A DNA stretch of 63,834 bases, filler included, from Acidimicrobiia bacterium (GTDB lineage Bacteria > Actinomycetota > Acidimicrobiia > Spongiisociales > SHLN01), in NCBI GenBank assembly GCA_041619515.1. It is 4 parts of 4 records of this genome, joined end to end, with 100 filler letters (N's around TTAATTAATTAA, not from the genome) between each part and the next. Parts side by side here need not be neighbours in the genome. Positions count along the whole stretch, not along the records: positions 37,050 to 55,140 come from JBFKDW010000064.1; positions 55,241 to 63,834 come from JBFKDW010000097.1; 2 more parts are not named here. One strand, given 5' to 3'. A model generated the notes under the pieces. That model was not told the origin of the DNA. It searched no databases and saw only the letters and a list, made by a program, of their open reading frames with translations. Each line of letters starts with the position of its first letter. Positions within the stretch are counted from its first letter, which is position 1. A program made the position numbers and the translations under genes. Shown here piece by piece: positions 53,701-63,232 of the stretch.

Positions 53701-54675
53701 GACGGCCGGTGGCTGGCGATCGGTGCGGAAAGCGTCGTCACGCTTTGGGATCTCGACGACGCCAACCCGACGCCGACCTCCCTCCCCGGCCATGCCGGAC
53801 AGGTCCGGGAGTTGATCTTCGATGGCGACGGGCACTGGCTGGTTACCCGCGACCCGGCCGTGACCCGATTGTGGGATCTGCGAACCGGGGGAACGGCCCC
53901 CTCTCCGACGCCCTTGACGGTCGACGGCGACAGCATCCGCACCGCGGCGTTTCATCCGTCGCTCCCGCTGCTGGTGACGGGAAGCGCGTCTGGCGATGTC
54001 CGGCGCTGGGATCTGACTCCGGGTGGCCATGCTCCCGAACTGATCGGCACCGTTGAAGACTTCGTCGACGAGCTGGTCTTCAATGATCAAGGCGACACGC
54101 TGGCCGTGGTGGGGCGCAGAACCACATGGCTATGGGACTGGGACGTCGACGCCGCGATCCCGGGGGAGCTTGCGCAGCTCGCACCGGATGTGACGGCGGC
54201 TGCGTTCAGCCGCTCCGGAGCGTGGCTTGCGACCGGCACCCGAAACGGGACGCTTGACCTGTGGGACCTGTCGGCCGCAGACCCGATCGTGCGCGCAACA
54301 GACCAGGATCACGATGGGCCGGTCGGTTCCCTGGCGTTCAGTGACAGCGGGGACTGGCTGGCCGCCACGAGCGACGACGAAGGCCTCCGATTGTGGGGAG
54401 TCGACGGCGACGGCTTCGCCACCGGTCCGGTCTCGTTGCAACACCCCGATCGGGTGGAGCCGCTCGATTTCGCTTTCAGCCCCGACGAGGCGTGGATCGT
54501 CACTCTGGCCTCAGACGGCAACATCAGGCTCTGGCGGGTCTCGGTCGACGAGCTGATCAACCAGGCATGTGTGATCGTCGGCCGCAACCTGACCGCCGAG
54601 GAATCGAGCCGGTTCTTTCCCGGCGAACCGTATCGGACGACGTGTGAGGACTACCCGCCTCCCACCACCCCCTGA
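50749..54675 (+). CDS. nSTAND1-type P-loop NTPase - TM helix - WD40 beta-propeller protein
   Basis: NPYVGPRSF...YGRDRE, SPSGAGKTSL, LIFDQFEE, SMRDDF, ELAHDRL, a hydrophobic helix (LIAVLAVVSIILAGAAYLAW), about 16 WD40-like repeats, C-terminal C...GRNLT...YRTTC. Confidence 0.88.
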   Translation: MDASNRHPPNPYVGPRSFQQGERIYGRDREANELLNLIIAERIVLLHSPSGAGKTSLVHAALIPRLLSRRFDVLPVVRLNLESAAGARRSGQNRYVLSAIASLQETGSTGASSPGREPASLAEFLAERSSQGDGRFEILIFDQFEEILTLDPTDRDAKREFFSQVGEALRDTNRWALFSMRDDFVAALKPYLLPIPNRFNTTFRLDLLGPEAAALAIQQPALEAGVEFEDDAAQQLIDDLRRVQVQQPDGTLEPQPGLHVEPVQLQVVCYRLWESAATADGAITQADLARFGQVDQSLVDESLAGYYAESVSQAIAGTEISERAVREWFDRHLITELGVRGTVLRGPDRSEGLDNTVIQRLVDSHLVRGDSRGGATWFELAHDRLIGPVRASNRVWFKANLSLVQEQAGKWDATGRPESLLLRKDDLRAAEEWAGSYDGELLAVEEDYLSAGRRLAARERRASIRNRLIAVLAVVSIILAGAAYLAWQEAKDQELLAQAGRSDALAQLSKSLVDSSPSLSMLLAIENLDSTAAVFGTRSASAEEALRAGLSSPRGIALPGHEGPVDRLALSPAEDWLATAGPEQTRALLWDISDSTADPIVLDHEGTVTALVFGPGGRRLATGSADTQVRIWDVAQPAQVQILDHGRAVRAVALTEDWIASAGTGTFHLWRPAGGNGAPVEHELELPETSGVTESVTLSPDGTWLAAGFDNRVIAWDLRDPFPRFVDVAVHSNLVTAVVFSSDGSWLASGSDDGGVMLAAVSDAGISSPEEMVGHTDGIRALAFGGHHLAAGSKDSTARVWDLNDVPPTKTGNPRVLTHPDWVNALAFAPNSEWLLTGSGDGAARTWRLADPVADAGSSIENAVGTLVLEDGFQLRGHEQAVLAVAAGERWLATSSDDGFVRLFELAEADEVTWLLADPMVDPIVVPGPGASTFAAADGVLAGGGGSGPARLWSWTGDSMIPVSGPSLRDGAPGEGVGTIALSRDGRWLAIGAESVVTLWDLDDANPTPTSLPGHAGQVRELIFDGDGHWLVTRDPAVTRLWDLRTGGTAPSPTPLTVDGDSIRTAAFHPSLPLLVTGSASGDVRRWDLTPGGHAPELIGTVEDFVDELVFNDQGDTLAVVGRRTTWLWDWDVDAAIPGELAQLAPDVTAAAFSRSGAWLATGTRNGTLDLWDLSAADPIVRATDQDHDGPVGSLAFSDSGDWLAATSDDEGLRLWGVDGDGFATGPVSLQHPDRVEPLDFAFSPDEAWIVTLASDGNIRLWRVSVDELINQACVIVGRNLTAEESSRFFPGEPYRTTCEDYPPPTTP

Positions 54676-54837
54676 AGGCACGCACCTCCGTCATACAAAC
54701 AAATGCCAGTATTTGTCAACCGTCCTCTTGCAATGCTTCGGATGTGCCAGAATGCGCTCTGAACCATGCGGCCGGCGCATGCTCGCTTGAAACCTTGGGG
54801 TCACGATCAGTACTCGAGCAGGGGAAGGAGGCGGCCC

Positions 54838-55140
54838 ATGAAGCCTCTAGTCCTGAAATCTGCCATCACAGCCCTTCTCGCCGTGCTTGCCACCGCCTGC
54901 GGTGGCGGCTCAGAGCCTGAAGCTTCCGAGACGACCCAGGCGCGGCCGATTGCGTTGTCACTCACGGTGGTACAGGAAGGTGTCACCAGCGCCGGGGTCG
55001 ACTTGTCTGCCGGTGAATCGACCGAGGTGCTGGAAGGTGATCGGATCCTGGTTGGAGCAGGCGGACTCGCCGAGCTCACCGGCCCCGGCATCGACTTCGA
55101 CCTCCTGGCCGGCAGCAACGTGATGGTCAACACGCTGCGC
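54838..55140 (+). CDS. lipoprotein, possibly FecR-like (3' truncated)
   Basis: AAGGAGG SD, lipobox LATAC, LEGDRILVGAGGLAEL. Confidence 0.55.
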
Positions 55141-55240
55141 NNNNNNNNNNNNNNNNNNNNNNNNNNNNNNNNNNNNNNNNNNNNTTAATTAATTAANNNN
55201 NNNNNNNNNNNNNNNNNNNNNNNNNNNNNNNNNNNNNNNN
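55141..55240. other. artificial contig linker
   Basis: N44-TTAATTAATTAA-N44. Confidence 0.98.
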
Positions 55241-55906
55241 GACGGATGCGTCGTTCGAGAACACTGCGAGCTTGGTCCGATGCCCGGGCTCGCGGGCAAT
55301 CGCCTTGATCTCGACCACCCCTTCCAACAGCTCCGGCACTTCGAGCTCGAAAAGAGCCTTGATGAAATCTGGATGGCTGCGCGATACGACAATCGGTGCG
55401 CCCTTTCCTTCCTCACGCACCTCGAGGACCAGCGCCTTTACCCGCGCACCCCGATCCAGCCGCTCGTACGGGATCCGCTCCGAGGAGGGCATGATGGCTT
55501 CGGCGTCGCCGAGATCGAGCATGGCGTAGCGGTGATCGACTTGCTGGACGATGCCGGTTACCAGATCACCCTGCCTGCCCTCGTAGCGCTCGAAGACCTG
55601 TTCCCGCTTGGCGTCTCGCAGACGCTGCTGGATGACCTGTTTGGCGGTCTGGGCCGCAATACGGCCAAAGTCATCGGGAGTGTCTTCCCACTCGCGGACA
55701 ACGTTGCCGTCCTCATCCAGCTCCTGGGCATACACCAGCATCTCGCCGGTTTCCGGGTCGATGGTCACCCGGGCCTCCTCGGCTGCTCCCGGACTTCGCT
55801 TGTACGCAGAGACCAGGGCGTTGGCCAGGGCATCGAGAATGGTCTCAACGGGGATGCCGCGTTCACGCTCGAGGTGCTCGAGGGCTTCCATCATCTCAAA
55901 ATGCAT
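55241..55906 (-). CDS. nusA: transcription termination/antitermination factor NusA (3' truncated)
   Basis: FGRIAAQTAKQVI, SRSHP, LFELEVPE, AREPGHRTK. Confidence 0.95.
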
Positions 55907-55912
55907 GGCTAC

Positions 55913-56365
55913 CTACTTCTTCTTTCCGGGCTTGGCAGCGGCGGGAACCTCGAAGACGGTGCGCGCTTTGGCAACGTCCGAGAATGCGATCATCTCTTCG
56001 CCGCCGTCGTGGGTGATCTCGAAGCCCCGGTCCTCGACTCGGGTGATACGACCCCGCCAAGCCGTGCCGTCCAAGGTCTTGACCTGCACAGACCGACCGA
56101 TCGCCTTCTCGAAATGGCGGGGCCGGCGAAGCGCCCGCTCGAGACCGGGAGAGGTGACCTCGAGGTTATAGGAGTCGGCAACGAGCTCTTCGCTCTCATC
56201 CAGCAAGCGGGACACGCCCTGTGACACAGAGGTGATCGTGGCCAGATCGATGCCGCCTTCGGTGTCAACGACGACGCGCAAGGTCCGGCCGGACAACTCG
56301 AGGTCGTCCAGCTCCACTCGTTCCTCGGCGAGGAACGTTTCAATGGAGTCCCACAGCCGGTCCAC
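55913..56365 (-). CDS. rimP: ribosome maturation factor RimP
   Basis: LRVVVD, GGIDL, YNLEVTSPGLERAL. Directly upstream of nusA. Confidence 0.92.
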   Translation of the reverse strand: MDRLWDSIETFLAEERVELDDLELSGRTLRVVVDTEGGIDLATITSVSQGVSRLLDESEELVADSYNLEVTSPGLERALRRPRHFEKAIGRSVQVKTLDGTAWRGRITRVEDRGFEITHDGGEEMIAFSDVAKARTVFEVPAAAKPGKKK

Positions 56366-56380
56366 GTTGATCCCTTTTAC

Positions 56381-56407
56381 AAAAAAAGCGGGCGCCGGGC
56401 GCCCACT
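56381..56407 (-). terminator. rimP-leader attenuator (intrinsic terminator in the 5' UTR)
   Basis: AGTGGGCG-CCCGG-CGCCCGCT followed by a T run, between the promoter and the rimP start. Matches the GGGC...GCCC rimP leader pattern. Confidence 0.8.
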
Positions 56408-56430
56408 GCGTCCAAATTCAACTGGCGCGG

Positions 56431-56439
56431 ACTATAGCA
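56431..56439 (-). promoter_or_regulatory. extended -10 promoter of rimP-nusA
   Basis: TGcTATAGT upstream of the leader terminator. Confidence 0.65.
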
Positions 56440-56492
56440 CTCGTACCCGGTCTACCGACCGTCTCATCGGGTTCCCACCTGGTCGGCGTTGC

Positions 56493-57596
56493 TCAGCCGA
56501 AATCGAGTCCTGGACCGAAGATATCGAACCACAGCCCCAGCAGGAAGATGGAAACGAAGAACATGATCACACCGACCGCAAGCGGAACGAGCTTTTCCAC
56601 GTCGACCGGGCGGCCCCGCAGCTTTTCGTAGGCCGCGACTGCGAAGTGGCCCCCGTCGAGGGGAAACAACGGCAACACGTTGAAGAGGGCGACGATGATG
56701 TTCAGGCCGGCGATGAGGCTGAGAACCCCCGCCCACCCGGCAGCGTCGAAGATGTTGGAGCTCTCCCCCACCAGGCCGACGAGAGTCACGGGCCGGTTGA
56801 CACCGGGGTCGTTCCCCGCCACAGCGTCGCCGAACAAACCCACCAGGTTGGGCGGCCAGAGCAGGGCCCCCACGGCCGTGACCGAGGCCTCGATCGAGTC
56901 CCAGTAGATGCCGGCTGTCTCCGAAATCGCTTCCACCGGCCCGTACCGGCGGGTGATCGGGTCGGGAACACCGATGCCGACGAACCCTCTCCCATCTCGC
57001 TCCATGGGCGTGATCATCGTCGTGAGCGGCGCTCCGTCCCGGATCACGTCCAGCCGAAGCTCGACCCCTGCCTTGTTCCGCAGCTCGGAAAGCAGGTCGC
57101 CCCATGTCTCGACGGCCACTCCGTTGACCGCCACGATCCGGTCGCCGGCAGCCAGGTCGGTGCGTGAGGCGGGGGTGGCGGTTCCGTCCTCGAGCGTTTG
57201 GATGACCTCGCCGACTCTGGCCTCGGTCTGGGGAACGCCGATGCCGGTGAACACGATGTAGAAGACGACAAAGGCGAGGAGGAAGTTGGCGGTGACGCCG
57301 GCAAGGACGACGATGCTCTTCTGCCAGAAAGGGCTGCCGCGGTACGTGCGATGCTCTTCGGACGGGTCGATCTCCTCGACCGGGCTCATCCCGGTGATCT
57401 TCACATACCCGCCGAGCGGCAGAAACAGCTTGATGCCGTATTCGGTCTCTCCCCGTCGGAACGACCAGAGGCGAGGACCGAAGCCGGCGAAGAACTCGGT
57501 GACCTTCATTCCGAAGGCCTTGGCCGCGGCGAAGTGAGCCGCTTCGTGGAAGAAGATGGCCGCGAACAAGCCGATGAGGATCGCTACCGCTGACAC
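56493..57596 (-). CDS. rseP: RIP metalloprotease with PDZ domain (M50)
   Basis: HEAAH, GETEYG, PLGGYVKI, AGVTAN, NVLPLFPLDGGH. Confidence 0.92.
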   Translation of the reverse strand: MSAVAILIGLFAAIFFHEAAHFAAAKAFGMKVTEFFAGFGPRLWSFRRGETEYGIKLFLPLGGYVKITGMSPVEEIDPSEEHRTYRGSPFWQKSIVVLAGVTANFLLAFVVFYIVFTGIGVPQTEARVGEVIQTLEDGTATPASRTDLAAGDRIVAVNGVAVETWGDLLSELRNKAGVELRLDVIRDGAPLTTMITPMERDGRGFVGIGVPDPITRRYGPVEAISETAGIYWDSIEASVTAVGALLWPPNLVGLFGDAVAGNDPGVNRPVTLVGLVGESSNIFDAAGWAGVLSLIAGLNIIVALFNVLPLFPLDGGHFAVAAYEKLRGRPVDVEKLVPLAVGVIMFFVSIFLLGLWFDIFGPGLDFG

Positions 57597-57637
57597 GCCT
57601 GGTCCTTCACGCCGGTCAAGCTAGCGGGCCACCGTGC

Positions 57638-58792
57638 CTAACACGTCCCCGCAATCTGGGACGCCACCGACCTCGCTTCTGCGTCCACGGCCGTTACATC
57701 GGCAACCGATCCGAGTTTCCTGAGCGGAACCCGCTCCAGGGTCCCGGCCACCACCCGCGGTATGGCCGAGAAGCCGATGCGGCCGTCGAGAAAGGCCTGT
57801 ACGGCAATCTCGTCGGCGGCGTTGAGCACGGCGGGCGCCGAATCTCCGAGCCGGCCGGCCTCGTACCCCAGCTCGAGCAGCGGGAATGCTCGCCGGTCCG
57901 GCGCCTCGAAGGTGAGGGTTTGCCCGGCAAGCGGGAACGGCGCCAGCGGGCCCGGTGAGCGATAGGGGTAGGTGATCGCGTATTGAATCGGCACCCGCAT
58001 GTCCGGCTCACCGAGATGTGCCTTGAGGGAGCCGTCGACGAACTCCACGAGCGAATGAACGATGCTCTGGGGATGGACCACCACGTCGATGTGGGCGTAA
58101 TCGATGTCGAACAGCAGGTGCGCCTCGATTACCTCGAATGCCTTGTTCATCAGCGTGGCCGAGTCGATGGTGATGCGGGGCCCCATCGCCCAGGTCGGAT
58201 GTGCCAGTGCCTCGGCAACCGTGACCGTCGCCAAGCTTTCGGCGTCCCGCCCCCGAAACGGGCCTCCGGAAGCAGTCAGGATGAGCCGCTGGACGCTGCT
58301 GCGCTCCTCACCGGTCATGCTCTGAAGGAGTGCCGAGTGCTCGGAGTCGACGGGGATGATCTCCCCACCCCCCTCATGCCGCGCCCGCTGCAGCACGGGC
58401 CCACCGGCCACGAGGCTCTCCTTGTTTGCGAGGGCCAGACGATTACCGGCAGAAAGGGCCGCAACGGATGCGGCCAGCCCGGCAGCTCCCACCACACCGT
58501 TGACGACGATGACCCCCGGCCGACCCGCCAGCTCGGTCAGGCTTTCGGGTCCGAATAGGACCCGGCTCCCGAGCTCGTCGGAAAACCGCGTGCGCTCGTC
58601 TCCGGTGGGCGCGGCCACCGCCACTTCGGCGGCGGGGTGGGCCCGGGCGATGGCAAGCAGCTCATCTGAGCCGCGCCGGGCCGCTACCGCCCCGACTGGT
58701 ATGCCGAGCCGGCCGGCAACGTCAAGGGTTTGCGCACCAATGGATCCTGTGGCCCCGAGAACAATGAGCGGGGTTACAGCAGACCGGTCCAC
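57638..58792 (-). CDS. dxr: 1-deoxy-D-xylulose-5-phosphate reductoisomerase
   Basis: LGATGSIG, LALANKESLV, PVDSEHSA, LTASGGPF, HPTWAMG, DSATLMNK, NAADE. GTG 58792 overlaps the cdsA end. Confidence 0.95.
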   Translation of the reverse strand: MDRSAVTPLIVLGATGSIGAQTLDVAGRLGIPVGAVAARRGSDELLAIARAHPAAEVAVAAPTGDERTRFSDELGSRVLFGPESLTELAGRPGVIVVNGVVGAAGLAASVAALSAGNRLALANKESLVAGGPVLQRARHEGGGEIIPVDSEHSALLQSMTGEERSSVQRLILTASGGPFRGRDAESLATVTVAEALAHPTWAMGPRITIDSATLMNKAFEVIEAHLLFDIDYAHIDVVVHPQSIVHSLVEFVDGSLKAHLGEPDMRVPIQYAITYPYRSPGPLAPFPLAGQTLTFEAPDRRAFPLLELGYEAGRLGDSAPAVLNAADEIAVQAFLDGRIGFSAIPRVVAGTLERVPLRKLGSVADVTAVDAEARSVASQIAGTC

Positions 58793-61341
58793 CGGAGCAC
58801 GAAGTAGGCGATCGGGACCGCAAATAGGTAGGAGTCGATTCGGTCGAGGACTCCCCCGTGTCCGGGGATGAGCTGACCCATGTCTTTGATCCCGAGAGAA
58901 CGCTTCATCAGCGATTCGGCGAGGTCGCCGAGAGGAGCGGCCAGGATGACGGCGGCGGCGAGCGCCAGGGCACTGCCGGCGTCGAACACGCTCACGAGGA
59001 CTCCCGCCAGCAACGAGACGATCACGGTGGCTATCACCCCGCCGATGAGCCCTTCGACGGTCTTGTTTGGCGACAGCACCGGTGACAGCTTGCGGCGGCC
59101 GAGCGCCCGGCCGACGAAGTAGCTGCCGATATCGAAGGCTGCGACGATGATGAGCAGCACGATGATGATCTGCAATCGGTCGGAGCGGGCAGCCGCCGCC
59201 ATGGGCAGGACGAGCGCCAGCAGGGCGGGAATCCAGGCGACCCCCAGGATGGTGACCACGCCGTTGCGCCAGGGATCGCTGGGTGGATGGTCTTGTGCCC
59301 CGTACCACGCGAACGTGGCCATCACGGTGAGCCCGAGAGCGGCGGCCACTGCTATCGGCCCCTCTGTGAGCACGTCGGAGCCCTGGGCATAGGTCCCCAC
59401 GAGAGCCCCGATGCCTCCGAGTAGGCCGAACAGGACCAGCGGACGGTATCCACCGGCCCGAAGGGCGGCATAGAACTCGATCTGGGCCGTGAGCGCAACG
59501 ATCGCGATGAAAACGAGGAACACGACGCCACCGGCCCAGAGTGTCGTCGCCAGCAACGCCACGAGGATGACCGCCGAGGCAACCCGCAGGGTGAGGTCGG
59601 AGCTGTACGCCTCAGCAACTTCTGTGGTCTCGTCGACGGGAGCGGTCTCCTCCAGGTCGGCGGCGTCGGGGTCGTCGAAGTGGAGGTCCTCCTCGAACTC
59701 CTGAAACCCGACGTGCCCGTGGTCGACCCCCGGCATGCTGGCTGCCACCGCCGACGGCTCGGGAGCAGCCGCCGTCGAGATGGCTTCCGCCAGGCCCTTG
59801 TGCTCTTGCGTCGGCTCGGGCGCGAAGCCGCGCGAGAAATCCTCTTGCACGAACGTCTCGAAATCGGGCAGTGTGAGATCCCCGCTCAACTGGGCGATGA
59901 GCATCTCCTCAGGGGTCGGTTCCGCCGATTCCACCGGTTGGGCTGCTTCGGGGAGCTCGACTGCCCCGGCAGGAGCGCCCGCTTCGGTGGTCGGGATTCG
60001 CAGCTGCATCTCTGCCTCTGCATCCTGCTGCGGCATCTCCTCTGCGGCCGTGTCCCCGGCGACCTCGCTCGCTTCCGGGGACTCGATCCCGGTATCCGTC
60101 GATCCGGCCTCGTCGATCGCCTCCTCGCCCGGGGACGGTGTCATGAACGCCGCCAGCGCATCCCGGGTCTCGTCGACATTGGAGGCCACCACGTCGTACT
60201 CAGCCGGGACCTGGAATTCGATGATCGGCTCCGGCAGTGGCTCTACCGCCGGGGTTTCGGGGGGTGGTGGCGGTTCGGCGGTTGCCGGCACCTCGGCGGT
60301 GATCTCGTCGTGGTCAACGTCCTCGAATTCGAGAGCTTCGAAGAGGTGCTCGGCCGTGTCCGCCCGCAACTCGGCGTCGTCGAGATCTATGACCTCGAAG
60401 GTGGCATCCTCGATCACCACCGCCGCCACCTCTTCGGCTTCGTCGGCGGCAGCAGGCTCGACGATCGATTCGATGACCTCCGTTGGCGTCTCTGCCTCTG
60501 GTTGGTCGGTGGGCACGACCGCCATCGTCGCCTTGCCTTCGGCGGCGAGGTCGCCGGCGTCTGCGATGTCGTCGAGCGTCATCTCTTCGACTGCCTCGAG
60601 CCACTCCGGCTCGGCCTGCAAGTCCTCGACCGCCACCTCTTCTATCGGGAGCTCGATGACCTCGTCGGAGACGTCGATCCCGCCTTCGGGCTCTTCACCA
60701 TGATCCGCGACCGCTCGCAACCCGGCCTCCGGTGCCGGCTGTTCGGCCTCACGGGCTGCTGCCTCCTCAGCCTCACGCGCAGCCTGCTCAGCCTCACGGG
60801 CTGCGGCCTCCTCAGCCTCACGCGCAGCCTGCTCAGCCTCACGGGCTGCTGCCTCCTCAGCCTCACGCGCAGCCTGCTCAGCCTCACGCGCAGCCTGCTC
60901 AGCCTCACGCGCAGCCTGCTCAGCCTCACGCGCAGCCGCCTCCTCAGCCTCACGCGCAGCCGCCTCCTCAGCCTCACGCGCAGCCGCCTCCTCAGCCTCA
61001 CGCGCAGCCGCCTCCTCAGCCTCACGGGCCGCCGCAGCCTCAGCCTCACGGGCCGCCGCCTCCTCGGCCTCACGCGCTGCAGCCGCCTCCTCAGCCTCGG
61101 CGGCGGTGGGTTCGTCGACGGCCTCGACGGCCTCGACGTCCTCGACGTCCTCGACGTCCTCGGCCTCGGCGTCGAGGTCTTCCTCGTCCTCGATGTCGGC
61201 GATCTCGATCTCGGCGTCCGAGAGTGTCAGGCTCTCGTCGTAGGGCCAGTCTTCCTCAGGCGCGTCCTCGGTCGTGGCCGGCTGCCAGTCGGGCGACCAT
61301 GGATCACCCGGATGCGTCCCTCCGCCCTTGTCAGTTGTCAA
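58774..61341 (-). CDS. cdsA: phosphatidate cytidylyltransferase with a very long acidic N-terminal extension
   Basis: C-terminal ~275 aa contain DIGSYFVG, SPNKTVEG, GDLAESLMKR, KDMGQLIPGHGGVLDRIDS. N-terminal ~580 aa are E/A/D/P-rich. Confidence 0.88.
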   Translation of the reverse strand: MTTDKGGGTHPGDPWSPDWQPATTEDAPEEDWPYDESLTLSDAEIEIADIEDEEDLDAEAEDVEDVEDVEAVEAVDEPTAAEAEEAAAAREAEEAAAREAEAAAAREAEEAAAREAEEAAAREAEEAAAREAEEAAAREAEQAAREAEQAAREAEQAAREAEEAAAREAEQAAREAEEAAAREAEQAAREAEEAAAREAEQPAPEAGLRAVADHGEEPEGGIDVSDEVIELPIEEVAVEDLQAEPEWLEAVEEMTLDDIADAGDLAAEGKATMAVVPTDQPEAETPTEVIESIVEPAAADEAEEVAAVVIEDATFEVIDLDDAELRADTAEHLFEALEFEDVDHDEITAEVPATAEPPPPPETPAVEPLPEPIIEFQVPAEYDVVASNVDETRDALAAFMTPSPGEEAIDEAGSTDTGIESPEASEVAGDTAAEEMPQQDAEAEMQLRIPTTEAGAPAGAVELPEAAQPVESAEPTPEEMLIAQLSGDLTLPDFETFVQEDFSRGFAPEPTQEHKGLAEAISTAAAPEPSAVAASMPGVDHGHVGFQEFEEDLHFDDPDAADLEETAPVDETTEVAEAYSSDLTLRVASAVILVALLATTLWAGGVVFLVFIAIVALTAQIEFYAALRAGGYRPLVLFGLLGGIGALVGTYAQGSDVLTEGPIAVAAALGLTVMATFAWYGAQDHPPSDPWRNGVVTILGVAWIPALLALVLPMAAAARSDRLQIIIVLLIIVAAFDIGSYFVGRALGRRKLSPVLSPNKTVEGLIGGVIATVIVSLLAGVLVSVFDAGSALALAAAVILAAPLGDLAESLMKRSLGIKDMGQLIPGHGGVLDRIDSYLFAVPIAYFVLRWTGLL
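60739..61098 (-). repeat. coding tandem repeat, mixed 24-bp and 21-bp units (EAAAREAE / QAAREAE), 15 copies
   Basis: Plus-strand units gcctcacgcgcagccgcctcctca and gcctcacgcgcagcctgctca. Confidence 0.95.
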
Positions 61342-61351
61342 CGGTCCGCCC

Positions 61352-61903
61352 TCACACCTCGAGCAACTCGGCTTGCTTGTGCTCGAACAGCTCGTCGATC
61401 CGGGCTACAAAGCCATCTGTCAGATGCTGCAGCTCCTTCTCGGCACGGCGAATGTCATCCTCCGACATCTCGCTCTTGAGCGCTTCGAGATCGTCCTTGT
61501 GGGGTCGGCGGATGTTGCGAATCGCCACCTTCCCCTCTTCTGCCATGTGGTTGACCACCCTGACCAGCTCCTTGCGGCGCTCCTCAGTGAGTGGGGGGAA
61601 GGACAATCGGATCACGGTGCCGTCGTTTGCCGGCATCAAACCAAGCCCGGCATTGTTGATGGCCTTCTCAATCTCTCCCAGCGCGCCGGGATCGAACGGT
61701 GAGACCACCAGCATGGTGGGCTCGGGAACCGAGAAAGACGCCAGTTGCTGCAACGGCGTCGGGCTCCCGTAGTACTCGACGGAAACTCGATGCAGGATCC
61801 CGGGATTCGCCCTCCCGGTCCGCACCGTGCTGAACTCGTTTTGCACGTGCTCAACGGCCTTTTCCATCCGATCCTTTGCGTCGTCGAGGATCTCTTCGAT
61901 CAT
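61352..61903 (-). CDS. frr: ribosome recycling factor
   Basis: [39 protein letters not shown] overlap with pyrH. Confidence 0.95.
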   Translation of the reverse strand: MIEEILDDAKDRMEKAVEHVQNEFSTVRTGRANPGILHRVSVEYYGSPTPLQQLASFSVPEPTMLVVSPFDPGALGEIEKAINNAGLGLMPANDGTVIRLSFPPLTEERRKELVRVVNHMAEEGKVAIRNIRRPHKDDLEALKSEMSEDDIRRAEKELQHLTDGFVARIDELFEHKQAELLEV

Positions 61904-62616
61904 CGCACCAAGGTCCCTATCGGCTCTCCCCGCACGGCCCGGGGGATATTGCCGGGCGTCGTGAGGTTGAAAACCCTGATCGGCAGCTCGTTGTCCATGC
62001 ACATGGTAATTGCCGTCGAATCCATCACGTTGAGTCCCTGCGAAATGACGTCGAGGTAGGTGACGTCCTTCAACAGCGTGGCGTCGGAATTGCGGGAAGG
62101 GTCGTCGTTGTAGACACCGTCCACCTTGGTTGCTTTGAGGACGATTCCTGCTCCGATTTCCGCCGCCCGCAGTGCGGCGGTGGTGTCGGTGGTGAAGAAC
62201 GGATTTCCCGTCCCGGCAGCCAGGATCACCATGCGTCCCTTCTCGAGGTGGCGGATCGCCCGGAGCCGAATATAGGGCTCGGCGACCTGCTGGATCGTGA
62301 TCGCCGTCTGCACCCGGCTGGGAATGCCCTGTCGATCGAACCCCTCGCGGAGGGCAAGGGCATTGATGACGGTCGCCAGCATGCCCATGTAGTCGGCGGA
62401 GGCCCGGTCCATGCCCTCGGCGGCTGAGCTGACCCCTCGGAAGATGTTTCCGCCTCCGACCACCACTGCAATCTGATAACCCTCGGCATGGACCTCGGCC
62501 AGCTCGCTTGCGACCCGGTCGATCGTCTTCTTGTCGATACCGTAGTTGAGCTCAGGATCGGCGAACGCTTCGCCCGACAGCTTGAGAACGACCCTCCGTG
62601 ATCCGAGATCCGACAA
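61900..62616 (-). CDS. pyrH: UMP kinase
   Basis: [42 protein letters not shown]. Confidence 0.95.
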   Translation of the reverse strand: MSDLGSRRVVLKLSGEAFADPELNYGIDKKTIDRVASELAEVHAEGYQIAVVVGGGNIFRGVSSAAEGMDRASADYMGMLATVINALALREGFDRQGIPSRVQTAITIQQVAEPYIRLRAIRHLEKGRMVILAAGTGNPFFTTDTTAALRAAEIGAGIVLKATKVDGVYNDDPSRNSDATLLKDVTYLDVISQGLNVMDSTAITMCMDNELPIRVFNLTTPGNIPRAVRGEPIGTLVR

Positions 62617-62617
62617 G

Positions 62618-63232
62618 CTACTCCTCTCCCAATGCCACCCGGGCGATGGCGCCGACCGTTATCCGCTCACCCAGGCGAGCGGTCAGATGCTCCAGCATTG
62701 CTTCCACGGTACCCTCGAACTTCTCAGGATTGACGAATTGCTGCTCGTAGAGCACGTTGTCCTTGTAGTACGAGCCCAGCTTGCCTGCCACGATCTTGTC
62801 GACCACCTCCGGCGGCTTGCCCTGCTCTTGTGCCTGCGCGGCAAACAGCTTGCCCGCTTCGGCGATCGCGTCGTCGGGCACCTCGTCCCGCTGCACCCAT
62901 TGCGGGCGGGCCGCGGCAATGTGCATGGCCAGGTCGCGCGCAGCCGTCTGGAAGTCGTCGCTCTTGGCGACGAAGTCTGTCTCGCACCGCAGCTCAACGA
63001 GGCATCCAACAACGGGTCGCTCGGTTTGGTAGTGGAGGTAGTGTCCGATCGTTCCCGTTTGGGTGAGGCGGCCCTCCCGTTTCTTGGCATCGGCCAGGCC
63101 CTTGACCAAGAGGATCTCTTTGGCCTTCTCCCGATCACCGCCGGCTTCGACGAGCGCCTTCTTCGTATCCATCATCCCGGCCCCGGTCTCCTTGCGGAGC
63201 TCGGCGACCTCCCTGGCGCTGACGTCAGTCAC
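62618..63232 (-). CDS. tsf: elongation factor Ts (short form, ~204 aa)
   Basis: [52 protein letters not shown]. Confidence 0.92.
   Translation of the reverse strand: MTDVSAREVAELRKETGAGMMDTKKALVEAGGDREKAKEILLVKGLADAKKREGRLTQTGTIGHYLHYQTERPVVGCLVELRCETDFVAKSDDFQTAARDLAMHIAAARPQWVQRDEVPDDAIAEAGKLFAAQAQEQGKPPEVVDKIVAGKLGSYYKDNVLYEQQFVNPEKFEGTVEAMLEHLTARLGERITVGAIARVALGEE

Noticed and set aside
60739..61098. Regular 21-24 bp repeats resembling a CRISPR array
   Set aside because: No unique spacers, unit lengths are multiples of three and in frame within cdsA, and there are no cas genes.
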